Below, piece by piece: positions 1 through 9,108 of a DNA stretch of 43,552 bases. The stretch spans positions 1 through 43,552 of IMG/VR virus record IMGVR_UViG_3300028585_000008. One strand, written 5' to 3'. The position numbers were made by a program, and so were the translations under genes. The DNA comes from a virus. Lineage: Duplodnaviria > Caudoviricetes. Every line of letters starts with the position of its first letter. Positions within the stretch are counted from its first letter, which is position 1. The notes below the pieces were generated by a model, which searched no databases, had not been told where the DNA came from, and saw only the letters and a program-made list of their open reading frames with translations.

Positions 1-127
1 AACGCAATGACCGAACTCAATCAGAGCACTGCACTTGCCGCACCCGGTGGCTATGATCCGTTTGCCGCTTATGGCCAGGAGGCCTCGAACGCCGGCGCCT
101 TCCTGAAATTCTCCAAGGGTGAATGGC
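1..127. repeat. Terminal direct repeat, left copy (circular assembly overlap)
   Basis: 1-127 is identical to 43426-43552; 127 equals a common assembler k-mer and the repeat lies inside a CDS. Confidence 0.95.
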
Positions 128-678
128 AGTCCGGCCAGAACGCCGAGGAAGTCCCTCTCGGCCGTCGCCTCGCGGCAAACATGGATGAACTGTCGATCGG
201 ATGGATCCGCTGGGCGGACGGTAAGCCGGCAGAACGCCGGATGGGTTTGCTGGCGCAGGGCTTCAAGCCTGAGCCGCGTGACGCTCTCGGCTATTCCGAC
301 CAGGCGCTGTGGGAAAGCGATGAAGAGGGTCGCCCCAAGGATCCTTGGACGATGACCAACGAGCTGCCGCTGGCGGATCCCGGCGACGGTGAGCAGATGA
401 CGTTCGCTGCCTCGAGCAAAGGCGGCATCGGCTGCATCGGCAATCTCTGCAAGTCCTACGCCCGCGCACCGCAGCGCCGGGAAGGGCTGGTGCCGGTGAT
501 CGAACTCGGCCGCGATAGCTACATGCACCCGGTCTACAAGAAGACCTACGTGCCGATGCTCGCGATTGTCGACTGGGTCGCGAACGGCTCGGTGCCGGTG
601 CCCCAGCCGGACGGCGGTGACGAAGACGAGAAGCCGGCAGCAACCGCGAAGACCGCTGCCGGCAAGACCCGCTTCTAA
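7..678 (+). CDS. Putative phage single-stranded DNA-binding/replication accessory protein
   Basis: 223 aa directly upstream of the primase-helicase, aromatic/beta-rich core (FLKFSKGEW, IGWIRW), acidic patch near the C-terminus. True start is probably ATG at 43423 across the circular junction (MNAMTEL..., RBS AAGGA upstream). Confidence 0.55.
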   Translation: MTELNQSTALAAPGGYDPFAAYGQEASNAGAFLKFSKGEWQSGQNAEEVPLGRRLAANMDELSIGWIRWADGKPAERRMGLLAQGFKPEPRDALGYSDQALWESDEEGRPKDPWTMTNELPLADPGDGEQMTFAASSKGGIGCIGNLCKSYARAPQRREGLVPVIELGRDSYMHPVYKKTYVPMLAIVDWVANGSVPVPQPDGGDEDEKPAATAKTAAGKTRF

Positions 679-689
679 CAGACCTACCA

Positions 690-719
690 TCCCCGCCCGG
701 GTTGCAGCCTGGGCGGGGA
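690..719 (+). promoter_or_regulatory. GC-rich intergenic hairpin
   Basis: TCCCCGCCCGGG-ttgcag-CCTGGGCGGGGA, no U-tract. Confidence 0.5.
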
Positions 720-746
720 CAGCCTCACACCGACCGGGGATGGCCA

Positions 747-3332
747 GTGCGCGATCAGGACTACACCACTGCCGCTGACTTTTTGAAGCGCCTCTTTGGG
801 GAGACGCTTCATAAGGTGGAGCTGCGCGCATGCGGCAACACGCGCGATCGCGGCGCCGTATCTGTTTTCACGCGCGAACCAAACGTGTTCGATAGTTTCT
901 GCCGCAAGCATGACATGCCCGGCACCGGAACCTATTTTGGCGTCTGCACCCGCGGCGATTGGAAGAATGCCCGCGGCGAATTGTCAGGCGGCAAGGACAA
1001 TGTGGTCGAATGTCCCGCACTGTGGGTGGATATCGACTGCGCAAAGGCCGGCATCCCCGGCAAGGCTGCGCTCGACGCGCTTTCGTACCTGCCATTCCCT
1101 CCTTCTATCATCATCAACTCAGGCGGCGGTTTGCATGCATACTGGGTGCTCGAGGAAGCGCTTGATGTAAGCGACGGCCACTATGCGATGGCGGAAGCGG
1201 CGTTGCGCCAGCTCTCGCTCGTTCTCGCTGGCGATATGGCATGTGCCGAAATCGCCCGCATAATGCGGCTTCCTGGCACTGCCAATTCCAAGGATGCAAC
1301 GCGCGCCCTGAACGATGGCGAGCCGGTCACGGTCGAGATTCTCGAGGACACCGGCCGCGTTTATGACTTCGAAGCGCTGTGTGAATGGCTGGGCGAGCAG
1401 CGCGCCGTGCTGCACAGTACGGCACCTATCGCGCTGCGGCCGGTTGTCGATACCGATCCATTCGTGGCCTATGCCAAGTCAGCCGGGTATGAGCCTGCCG
1501 TCGATATAGATGCGGCGCTCGCCGCGATGGCTCACGGCGCCACGGGCGACAACTCGATCCACCAGACACAACTTCGCGTCTCGATGTCGATGATTGCTCG
1601 AGGGTACGAGGATGACGAGATCGTCGCCCGTATCCTGGCGGCGACAGAATCAGCCGCGCCCGGCGATGCAAAGTGGAACTGGGGCCGCGAAGAAGCGACA
1701 ATCCGTCAGATGGTCTCGAGCGGGCGCGGCAAGGCCGCTGTGCGTGAGGATCGGCCAGCGCGCGCGCAGCCGATGAGCAACGGCAATGCAGCGCTCAAGC
1801 TGGTGCATGACGCTGATAAGGAGCCGAAGCGTGAGGCGAAGGCGAGCGTCAAGAAAGCGAGCGCTGATAAGCCGGATGAAATTGTAATCTTGGGCGGAGC
1901 CGCACTCGCTGCTTGGCAAGACCGCTACGGGCCCATCCAGCATAGCAACGGCTTGTCGTACACGTATCGCGACGGTGTTTGGCTAGAATGGTCTGACGTT
2001 CACGATCAGATCCTGCGCATCATCATGCAGGAGGGATGCGAAAAATTGGGCATATCGCCCAAGCCTTCAGTAATCAGCGCAGCTGCAATGTATTTCCTAA
2101 ATCGGCCTGAAATGTTCGTCGATGGGGTGGTTTTCGATCAAGGCAACATCATAGTCGCCGGTGATGGGGTGCTTAACCTCGACAACATGGGGATAGAGCC
2201 GCACTCGCCAGACCATCAGGCATCGTACAAGATCGCTGCTGATCTTGATGGTAGCAAAGCTTGCCCAGCTTTCTTGAATTTTCTCGCCGCAGCGTTTGCT
2301 GATCAACCCGAAGACCAAATTGGCGGTATCATCCAGGCCATTCAAGAATGGTTTGGAACATGCCTCATTAAGCATCGCCCACGCGGACTGATGAAGGGCA
2401 TGCTTGTTTGGGGCGCCAGCCGCACTGGCAAAACACAGCTATCCGAAATCCTGCGTAGCCTTCTAGGGCCGCTGTCTACGGTTGCTACGTCTGTTGCCGA
2501 CATTGGCACCGACTTCGGTCTCCAATCACTAGTGAATGCTCGAGCATGGATTGCAGACGATGCAGTCGGTCAAGGTGAAACGCTTGACGCAGAGCGCTAC
2601 AAGAAACTCATCACCGGCGAGCAGATCGGTGCGCGGATCAAGAACAGCGGCGACAGACAGATCCGGTTCGGTCGCCCGGTCATGCTCACTATGAACAACC
2701 TGCCGCGCATCAAGGACGGCTCTCTCGCGGTTTATAATCGGTCGATGATGGTCAAGATGACCGTCGTGCGGCCTGAGGATGCGCCAGAGCCGGTAGGGTA
2801 TAACAGCATCGCCGCCAAGATCATCGCAGAAGAACTGACAGGCGTGCTGTGGTGGGCGATTGAAGGATGGAAGCGGGCATCAGCACGCGGACGGTTCGCC
2901 GAGCCGGAATGCATGCTCGAGGCGGTCCGCAGTCTACAACGCAGCAATGACGCTGTGCGGGCATGGGCGGAGGATGGCGTCATTGAAGACCCAAGCCACA
3001 AGGTAGCCAAGGCCGATCTCTTCGCCGCTTTTGCCGGGTGGTATTTCCTTGAGAACGGCGCCGGCAAGAACCCTTGGTCGCAAAACGGCTTCATCAAAGC
3101 GCTGAAGAATGTCTGTCCTACTGTCGGCGAACAGAACGCTGCGGTCCGCTACGTCACCGGCATAAAGTTGACCGAAGAAGGTGTCCAGCACTGGCAGACC
3201 GATCAGGAGCGTGACCTAAACCGCGTTGCGACAAAGACGATGGAGCCCGTCTTTATCAACCAGTCCTTCAGCTCGTCCCATGCTCAGCGCGGCCGCGCAA
3301 TCGATCTTGATGACCGGACCCCAAGGTTCTGA
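747..3332 (+). CDS. Primase-helicase (N-terminal AEP/RepB-type primase, C-terminal P4/D5-like SF3 helicase)
   Basis: LWVDIDC, NSGGGLHAYW and RIMRLPGT primase motifs; Walker A GASRTGKT, Walker B WIADD, motif C MLTMNNLP. GTG start at 747 with GGGGA RBS preferred over TTG at 702. Confidence 0.9.
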   Translation: MRDQDYTTAADFLKRLFGETLHKVELRACGNTRDRGAVSVFTREPNVFDSFCRKHDMPGTGTYFGVCTRGDWKNARGELSGGKDNVVECPALWVDIDCAKAGIPGKAALDALSYLPFPPSIIINSGGGLHAYWVLEEALDVSDGHYAMAEAALRQLSLVLAGDMACAEIARIMRLPGTANSKDATRALNDGEPVTVEILEDTGRVYDFEALCEWLGEQRAVLHSTAPIALRPVVDTDPFVAYAKSAGYEPAVDIDAALAAMAHGATGDNSIHQTQLRVSMSMIARGYEDDEIVARILAATESAAPGDAKWNWGREEATIRQMVSSGRGKAAVREDRPARAQPMSNGNAALKLVHDADKEPKREAKASVKKASADKPDEIVILGGAALAAWQDRYGPIQHSNGLSYTYRDGVWLEWSDVHDQILRIIMQEGCEKLGISPKPSVISAAAMYFLNRPEMFVDGVVFDQGNIIVAGDGVLNLDNMGIEPHSPDHQASYKIAADLDGSKACPAFLNFLAAAFADQPEDQIGGIIQAIQEWFGTCLIKHRPRGLMKGMLVWGASRTGKTQLSEILRSLLGPLSTVATSVADIGTDFGLQSLVNARAWIADDAVGQGETLDAERYKKLITGEQIGARIKNSGDRQIRFGRPVMLTMNNLPRIKDGSLAVYNRSMMVKMTVVRPEDAPEPVGYNSIAAKIIAEELTGVLWWAIEGWKRASARGRFAEPECMLEAVRSLQRSNDAVRAWAEDGVIEDPSHKVAKADLFAAFAGWYFLENGAGKNPWSQNGFIKALKNVCPTVGEQNAAVRYVTGIKLTEEGVQHWQTDQERDLNRVATKTMEPVFINQSFSSSHAQRGRAIDLDDRTPRF

Positions 3333-3333
3333 T

Positions 3334-3667
3334 GCAAGACGCAAACGCTCTTTTAGCCGTCTCGCAAAGCGTCTTGCTGGGCGTCTTGCTGTCATGGTCG
3401 CAGCACTCAGCCGCGCTGGCAAGCACACGCATCATAGTCAGCAAGACGCTTTGCGAGATCAGCAAGACGCTCAGCAAGACGCATTTTTTAGCAGATCGTC
3501 TTGCTGTTCCTGTACCGTTTGCAAGCAAAATCAATAACTTATTCATTCAGCAAGACCAGCAAGACGGGAGATTTAAATGAATAGCTCTCATGTGCGCACA
3601 CGCACACGCGCACACACACACGGATGTGGCGAACAAGCGTCGAAAAGCCGTCTTGCTCGTCTTGCTG
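3334..3667. repeat. Iteron cluster, probable replication origin
   Basis: 11 copies of (CA)GCAAGAC(GC) in both orientations at 3334, 3369, 3381, 3439, 3460, 3472, 3497, 3548, 3557, 3649, 3658; perfect 20-bp inverted repeat 3360-3379/3439-3458; directly after the primase-helicase stop. Confidence 0.8.
3529..3541 (+). promoter_or_regulatory. IHF-binding consensus within putative origin
   Basis: AATCAATAACTTA matches WATCAANNNNTTR exactly, in the AT-rich part of the iteron cluster. Confidence 0.6.
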
Positions 3668-3794
3668 ATGAGATCGTCGGATACCGAGTTGGCGATAAAT
3701 CTGGCCATCGGTATCCAGTCACAGCTCGGTTTCCGCATGGATATTTCTCGTACCATGACGGGCGCCCCCGGTGCCTTTGCTGCGGCTGCTTGAA

Positions 3795-4283
3795 ATGCCG
3801 GGAAGCGCAGTCGTGACCGACGGCGCGGTGAGCCGTTGCCTCGCGCTGGTTGGGCCGGCCGAGAGTGCGTTCCGCAGCCGCTGGCGGCTGTCCACGCTAG
3901 CCCGCGTCAATCCAGAATTGCATCAGATGCTGCTTGAGCAGATCGATCTCTACAACGCTGCTGTTGTGACCGGCACCGACAAGGAGGCTCAGATCCAAGC
4001 TGAGGCGATGGTGCGTGGTTGGCGTGCTGCCTGCGCTACGCTTGAGGGTCCAGGTCTGCCTGATGATGCCTATCTGATGGGGTTTGATCACAACACCGGC
4101 ACACGCGTCGTTGTTTCCGATCAGCTCGCGTCCGTGGCTCGCATCCAGTCTTTAGCTGGTGAGCGTGTCGTGATGGTTACGCCTGACGAGGTTGCGCGCA
4201 TGGTCGCCGGCATGGCGGTGATTGCCGAGGCAAAGCAGTTCTTCCCGGATACCGAAGTAATGTCGTTGGAGTCAGCAGCATGA
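3795..4283 (+). CDS. Hypothetical phage protein
   Basis: ORF with typical composition; stop overlaps next ATG (ATGA); start uncertain (3771/3795/3813). Confidence 0.7.
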   Translation: MPGSAVVTDGAVSRCLALVGPAESAFRSRWRLSTLARVNPELHQMLLEQIDLYNAAVVTGTDKEAQIQAEAMVRGWRAACATLEGPGLPDDAYLMGFDHNTGTRVVVSDQLASVARIQSLAGERVVMVTPDEVARMVAGMAVIAEAKQFFPDTEVMSLESAA

Positions 4284-4396
4284 CCCACCCCCTAGCCGCC
4301 CTCGGCTTCCGCTACGTCAAGCGGCAGGGCTGCACGTTTTGGACACCGGCTTGCCTTGTGCAGGCTGGGGATGAGGTTTTGGAGATTGAGGTATGA
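4280..4396 (+). CDS. Small hypothetical protein (38 aa, MTHPLAALGFRYVKRQ...), below ORF-track cutoff
   Basis: Fills the gap exactly with ATGA overlaps at both ends. Confidence 0.55.
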   Translation: MTHPLAALGFRYVKRQGCTFWTPACLVQAGDEVLEIEV

Positions 4397-4680
4397 CCCA
4401 AGATGAAACCATCATTGCGCTGTGCGATGCGCTAAATGAGTCCCGGGCGCTACGGGATTGGGAGGCTGACGCGCTCGATGCTGCGATACGACGGCAGAGC
4501 ACGGCCACGGTTCGCCCCTGTGCCTGGACCCGAGCCGAGGAAGCCGCATTGATCGCGGCACGCACCAGCGGCGTACCTTCGGCAAAAATCGCAAAGGTGC
4601 TTGGTCGGTCGATTGGTGCTATCGATATCCGCATGCATGAACTTCGTAAGCGTGGGATGGTGGAAGGGGTGGCGGCGTGA
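4393..4680 (+). CDS. HTH regulator (GcrA/Myb-like N-terminal-type HTH)
   Basis: WTRAEEAALI...SAKIAKVLGRSIGAIDIRMHEL pattern; sits just before the late operon, so a possible late regulator. Confidence 0.6.
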   Translation: MTQDETIIALCDALNESRALRDWEADALDAAIRRQSTATVRPCAWTRAEEAALIAARTSGVPSAKIAKVLGRSIGAIDIRMHELRKRGMVEGVAA

Positions 4681-5108
4681 GTGACCGCGGGCGCCCAACC
4701 GATTATCGGGATGAGTTCATAGGCCAAGCGCAAAAGCTGTGTCAGCTTGGCGCTACGGATATTGAGCTGGCGGATTTCTTTGAAGTGGATGTATCGACCA
4801 TCTATCGCTGGAAGCACGCCCATCCAGATTTTTGCGAGGCAGTCCGCGCGGGGAAGGACACGCTCGATGATCGTGTTGAGCGGTCGTTCTATAATCGGGC
4901 GGTTGGATATACATACGATGCGGTCAAGATCTTTATGCCTGCTGGCGCTGACGCACCGGTCTATGCGCCTTACCGCGAGCATGTTCCTCCGGACTCCGGC
5001 GCGGCCCTAAACTGGCTGAAAAATCGCCGTCCTGAGCATTGGCGCGACAAGACTGTGGTGGAGCATGAACTGCCCAAGGACATGAGCGAGTGGCTGGGGG
5101 AGCGCTAA
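4677..5108 (+). CDS. terS: Terminase small subunit
   Basis: GRPTDY N-terminus, HTH (ELADFFEVDVSTIYRW), WLKNRRPEHWRDK motif, upstream of TerL. Confidence 0.9.
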   Translation: MSDRGRPTDYRDEFIGQAQKLCQLGATDIELADFFEVDVSTIYRWKHAHPDFCEAVRAGKDTLDDRVERSFYNRAVGYTYDAVKIFMPAGADAPVYAPYREHVPPDSGAALNWLKNRRPEHWRDKTVVEHELPKDMSEWLGER

Positions 5109-6610
5109 GCGCCTCAGAGCGTGAGTTCATGTCCCGCATGATGGTTCGCTTTCCTGATAAGCTGTCGCGTCTCAGGGGAGGCTTCTACGACATCAAGGAC
5201 AAGCAGGGGAGGCGCGTACCTTTCCGCATGAATGAGGATCAGGAGGAGTTTATCCTGAACCGGTGGAAGCTGGATATCATCCTCAAGGCCCGGCAACGCG
5301 GCTTCACGACGGTTATCCAGCTAGATATGTTAGACGACTGCCTGTTTATATCTGATCTCTCGGCCGGTGTGATCGCGCATAATCTCGTAGATGCGAAAGC
5401 GTTCTTTCGGGACAAAATCAAATACGCCTACGACCACCTGCCATCGACGTTTCGCAAGATACGAGCGGCTGACAATGACAGCGCGGAGAGTTTGAGGTTT
5501 AACAATGGGTCTAGCATCCGGGTAGGCACGTCGCTGCGGTCAGGCACGTTGCAACGCCTGCACGTTTCTGAGTTTGGTAAGCTGTGCGCCAAATATCCTG
5601 AACGTGCCACAGAGGTCGTCACTGGCGCGTTTAATACGGTTGCGGCTGGACAGGTCATCACCGTAGAATCGACCGCAGAAGGCCGGGCTGGCGAATACCA
5701 CGATATGGTCAAGACTGCCCGCCACCTACAGGAGGAAGGCCGCACGCTAACCGACCTCGACTTCAAGTTTCACTTCTACCCTTGGTGGCGGGATGAAGGA
5801 TACGCGCTAGATGCAGATGTCGTCGAAACCGTTGAGATGGCCGATTACTTCTCAAAGCTTGAGGCATTGGGGATCACGCTCAAAAGACAGCAACGCGCCT
5901 GGTATGTGAAGAAGGCCGGGCAACAGGGCGACAAGATGAAACAGGAGTTCCCGTCAACGCCAGATGAGGCGTTCGAGGCTAGTGTTGAGGGCGCATACTT
6001 CGGCCCTCAGATGCTTAAGCTGCGCGCTGAGGGTCGGATATGTCGCATCCCTGTGCTGGACATACCGGTCTACACGTCGTGGGATTTAGGCGTCGGCGAT
6101 GCCATGACGATCTGTTTTTGGCAGGACGTTCGGATGGAACGACGGCTGATCGATTATTACGAAAATAGTGGCGAGGGCTTCAATCACTACGCCAAAGTTC
6201 TAAACGACAAGGGCTACAACTACAGCGAGCACTTCATGCCACATGATGCCGACCACCGTAGGCTGGGCAAGGACGCTAAAAGCGCTAAGCAGCACGCCGA
6301 GGAAGTCGGGATCAAGCCTGTACGCGTGGTCCCGAGGATCGCTGGCGAGCAGGATGGTATTGATGCCTCGCGCGCCTACCTACCCTCTGTGTGGATCGAT
6401 GAGAGCCGCTGCGCACGGCTGGTTGACTGCCTCGACAGCTATCGGAAGGAATGGGACGATAAGTTAAGCGTCTGGAAGGATAAGCCGCTACACGACCAGT
6501 TCAGCCACGGGTACAAAGCATTTGAGACCGCAGCGGTCCGCAAGCCGCCCGCGCCCAAGGCAGGGCCAGTTGGCAAAATCCCATCCATGGCCACAGCCTT
6601 CAGGAGGTGA
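5090..6610 (+). CDS. terL: Terminase large subunit
   Basis: Walker A LKARQRGFTT, Walker B LHVSE, motif III ESTA, nuclease WDLGVGD and C-terminal PLHDQFSH. Confidence 0.95.
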   Translation: MAGGALSASEREFMSRMMVRFPDKLSRLRGGFYDIKDKQGRRVPFRMNEDQEEFILNRWKLDIILKARQRGFTTVIQLDMLDDCLFISDLSAGVIAHNLVDAKAFFRDKIKYAYDHLPSTFRKIRAADNDSAESLRFNNGSSIRVGTSLRSGTLQRLHVSEFGKLCAKYPERATEVVTGAFNTVAAGQVITVESTAEGRAGEYHDMVKTARHLQEEGRTLTDLDFKFHFYPWWRDEGYALDADVVETVEMADYFSKLEALGITLKRQQRAWYVKKAGQQGDKMKQEFPSTPDEAFEASVEGAYFGPQMLKLRAEGRICRIPVLDIPVYTSWDLGVGDAMTICFWQDVRMERRLIDYYENSGEGFNHYAKVLNDKGYNYSEHFMPHDADHRRLGKDAKSAKQHAEEVGIKPVRVVPRIAGEQDGIDASRAYLPSVWIDESRCARLVDCLDSYRKEWDDKLSVWKDKPLHDQFSHGYKAFETAAVRKPPAPKAGPVGKIPSMATAFRR

Positions 6611-6828
6611 GTATGACTGACTTTATTCCCCACTTCTTTCGCAAGATCCGATACGATCAGTGCAACATGCGATTTGAGTGCGAGACGCATTCGGGAAGGC
6701 TTTTAGGTTTCCACGGGATGCCTGACACCATGCTCCCCAATGGCTGGCCTTTGGTTTCGATAGAGGCGCAGCTAAGCCGCACGAATGAAACTCGGCCGGA
6801 AGAATTCTACGACCTTTCCCCAGAATAG
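6607..6828 (+). CDS. Hypothetical protein
   Basis: 73 aa between TerL and portal, strong AGGAGG RBS, GTGA overlap. Confidence 0.55.
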   Translation: MSMTDFIPHFFRKIRYDQCNMRFECETHSGRLLGFHGMPDTMLPNGWPLVSIEAQLSRTNETRPEEFYDLSPE

Positions 6829-6870
6829 CAAAGATGCAGCGCCGGCGTGCGGGGGATATGAACCTGCCCC

Positions 6871-9108
6871 GTGGCAGACGATCCCCAGACCGAAACCGAG
6901 CAGCAGGACGCCGACAAGGCGGACGACAGCGACAAGCTACGTGAAGTCCACACGCTCGCCATGCAGCGCTTCGACAGCGTGGCCCTGCCCCAGCTAGAAG
7001 ACCGCGAGCTGCGGATGCGCGACCGGCGCTTTGTGGATGTGGAAGGCGCACAGTGGGAAGGCGCATGGGGCGAGCAGTTCGAGAACTCACCGCGCCCAGA
7101 ACTCGACAAGATCACCAAGAACGGTGAGAAGATCGAGAACGATTACCGACAGAACAAGGTTTCGGTCAATTTCGTGCCGATCGACGGCAAGGACCGGGAC
7201 ACCGCCGCCACGCTCAATGATATGTTCCGCGCCGACGTGCATGCGTTCAAGTCGCAGCATGCGTTCGACAACGCGTTTTCGGACGGCTGGAAGGGCGGCA
7301 TGGGTGCCTGGCGCATGTCCACAGACCTTGCGGACCCTTACGACCCCGAGAACGAGCACCAGCGCATCAATCCGGGCATCCCGATCCCCGATGCCGATCA
7401 GACGGTGTTCTTCGACGGCGCAAGCGTGCTGTACGACGCGAGCGATGCGAAGTGGGCGTTTATCGTGTCGGCAATCCCGTATGCCGATGCCAAGGACCGT
7501 TGGGGCGAGGACGTGCCCGACTTCGACACCTGCAACTTGTCGTGGCAATACGACTGGTACACTCCCGAAGTCGTCAAGATCGCTGAATATTACGTGGTCG
7601 AGGAGAAGCCCGACACGCTGATGATCTTCACGCTCGAAGCGACGGGCGAGGAGCAGCGGTATTTCGCATCTGAGCTGGACAGCGGCGATGCGAAGGCTCT
7701 GACCGACACGGGCTGGAAGAAGCGCGAGCGCAAGTGGCATCGCCGGCGCGTGCACAAATACCTGCTGTGCGGCGACGGCGTGTTGCAGGACATAGGCTAT
7801 ATCGCGGGCGATCAGATTCCGGTCGTGCCGTACTATGCGCGTCTGTCCTGGATCGATGGCGCGCCGCGAGTGCGCGGTTATGTGCGCAAGAAGATCGATG
7901 CGCAGCGCACGTTGAACACTGCTGTGGCCCACCTGACCGAAATCGACAGCTTGGCGCCGTACGAGGTTCCAATCGTCGCGGCCGAGCAGATGACGCCTGA
8001 TCTTGCCGAGGAATGGGCGCGCGGGAATATCGATCGGCATCCATTCCGGCGCATCCTCCCGTTGCGTAACGAGGATGGTTCGATCGCATCGGCTGGCCCC
8101 ATCGGCATGATAAACCCGCCGCAGGTTCCGGCCGTCACTGCGGCACGCCTGCAGTTCGCTTTCCAGATCCTGTCCGACGACGACGATAACGCTCAGCAGG
8201 TGCGGTCAAACGTGTCTGCTGACGCGATGGACATTGCTGCTGACCGGGTAGACGCGGTGTCGGGGATTTTCCTCGATAACTGGTCCCTGTCGATGCAGCG
8301 TTGCGGTGAGATCTACCGCAGCATGTGCCGAGATATTTATTACGAAAGCGACCGCGAGGTTCCTACCCGATCGCTCGACGGGCAACAGGGCATGGCGAAG
8401 CTCCAAGAGGGTACGCTTGACGAAGCCACCAGCGCTTTCCGTATCCGCAACGACCTAACGCGCGGGCACTACACCGTCGAAGCATCGGTGCAGGAATCCA
8501 CTAGCACCAAACGCCAGAAGGCCATGCGCCAGGGCTTGGAACTTGCCGCACAGTTCGTCACCGCACAGTCCCCGCAGGACGCCTTGGCTGCGCTCTACAC
8601 CGCTGCCGAGAACATGGATGGCGAAGGTATTGGCGACCTGATCGACTTCTATCGCCAGCGTTCGATCGCACTTGGGGCAACCAAGCCGACGCCTGAGGAA
8701 GAAGCCAAGATCAAGGCCGCACAGGAGGCTCAGGGCCAACAGCCCGACCCTCAGGCGATGGCGTTGCAGGCGAGCGTGCAGGAGTCCGAGAGCAAGGCGC
8801 AGCTTAACGCCGCCAGTGCAGCCGATAAGCAGGCTAGCGCGCAGCTCAAGACCGTGCAGGCGGAAACGCTGGCAAAGGCCCCAGAGGTACCGACTGGGCT
8901 CAATTCCGAGCCGACCGATCCTGTCGAGGCAGCGAGTAAGCTGGCCGGGGCAAGGCTCAAGATCGCGCAGGCCGATCATCTGTCTCAGGACATGCACCAC
9001 CAGCGCATCCGCACAGGGCATGACATCGAGATGGAGCGCCGACATCAGGACCTGGCAGAACGGCAGCAGGACCACGCAGAGAGCCAACCGGCGAAGGGTG
9101 ACGCATGA
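6871..9108 (+). CDS. Portal protein (P22-like)
   Basis: 745 aa after TerL; GAQWEG, RPELDKI, IPVVPYY motifs; long Q/A-rich helical C-terminal barrel typical of P22-type portals. Confidence 0.9.
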   Translation: MADDPQTETEQQDADKADDSDKLREVHTLAMQRFDSVALPQLEDRELRMRDRRFVDVEGAQWEGAWGEQFENSPRPELDKITKNGEKIENDYRQNKVSVNFVPIDGKDRDTAATLNDMFRADVHAFKSQHAFDNAFSDGWKGGMGAWRMSTDLADPYDPENEHQRINPGIPIPDADQTVFFDGASVLYDASDAKWAFIVSAIPYADAKDRWGEDVPDFDTCNLSWQYDWYTPEVVKIAEYYVVEEKPDTLMIFTLEATGEEQRYFASELDSGDAKALTDTGWKKRERKWHRRRVHKYLLCGDGVLQDIGYIAGDQIPVVPYYARLSWIDGAPRVRGYVRKKIDAQRTLNTAVAHLTEIDSLAPYEVPIVAAEQMTPDLAEEWARGNIDRHPFRRILPLRNEDGSIASAGPIGMINPPQVPAVTAARLQFAFQILSDDDDNAQQVRSNVSADAMDIAADRVDAVSGIFLDNWSLSMQRCGEIYRSMCRDIYYESDREVPTRSLDGQQGMAKLQEGTLDEATSAFRIRNDLTRGHYTVEASVQESTSTKRQKAMRQGLELAAQFVTAQSPQDALAALYTAAENMDGEGIGDLIDFYRQRSIALGATKPTPEEEAKIKAAQEAQGQQPDPQAMALQASVQESESKAQLNAASAADKQASAQLKTVQAETLAKAPEVPTGLNSEPTDPVEAASKLAGARLKIAQADHLSQDMHHQRIRTGHDIEMERRHQDLAERQQDHAESQPAKGDA

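Noticed and set aside
1-127. 127-bp terminal repeat as a biological DTR
   Set aside because: Length equals a standard assembler k-mer and it cuts through a CDS; it indicates circularity, not physical ends
3334-3667. CRISPR-like array
   Set aside because: Repeats are only 9-11 bp, in both orientations and irregularly spaced; no cas genes
3226-3816. Overlapping ORFs (3226-3537, 3332-3580, 3577-3816, 3590-3793) as genes
   Set aside because: Their repetitive translations (QQDA, SKT, HAHTH) merely mirror the iterons and CA tract; 3577-3816 cannot be fully excluded
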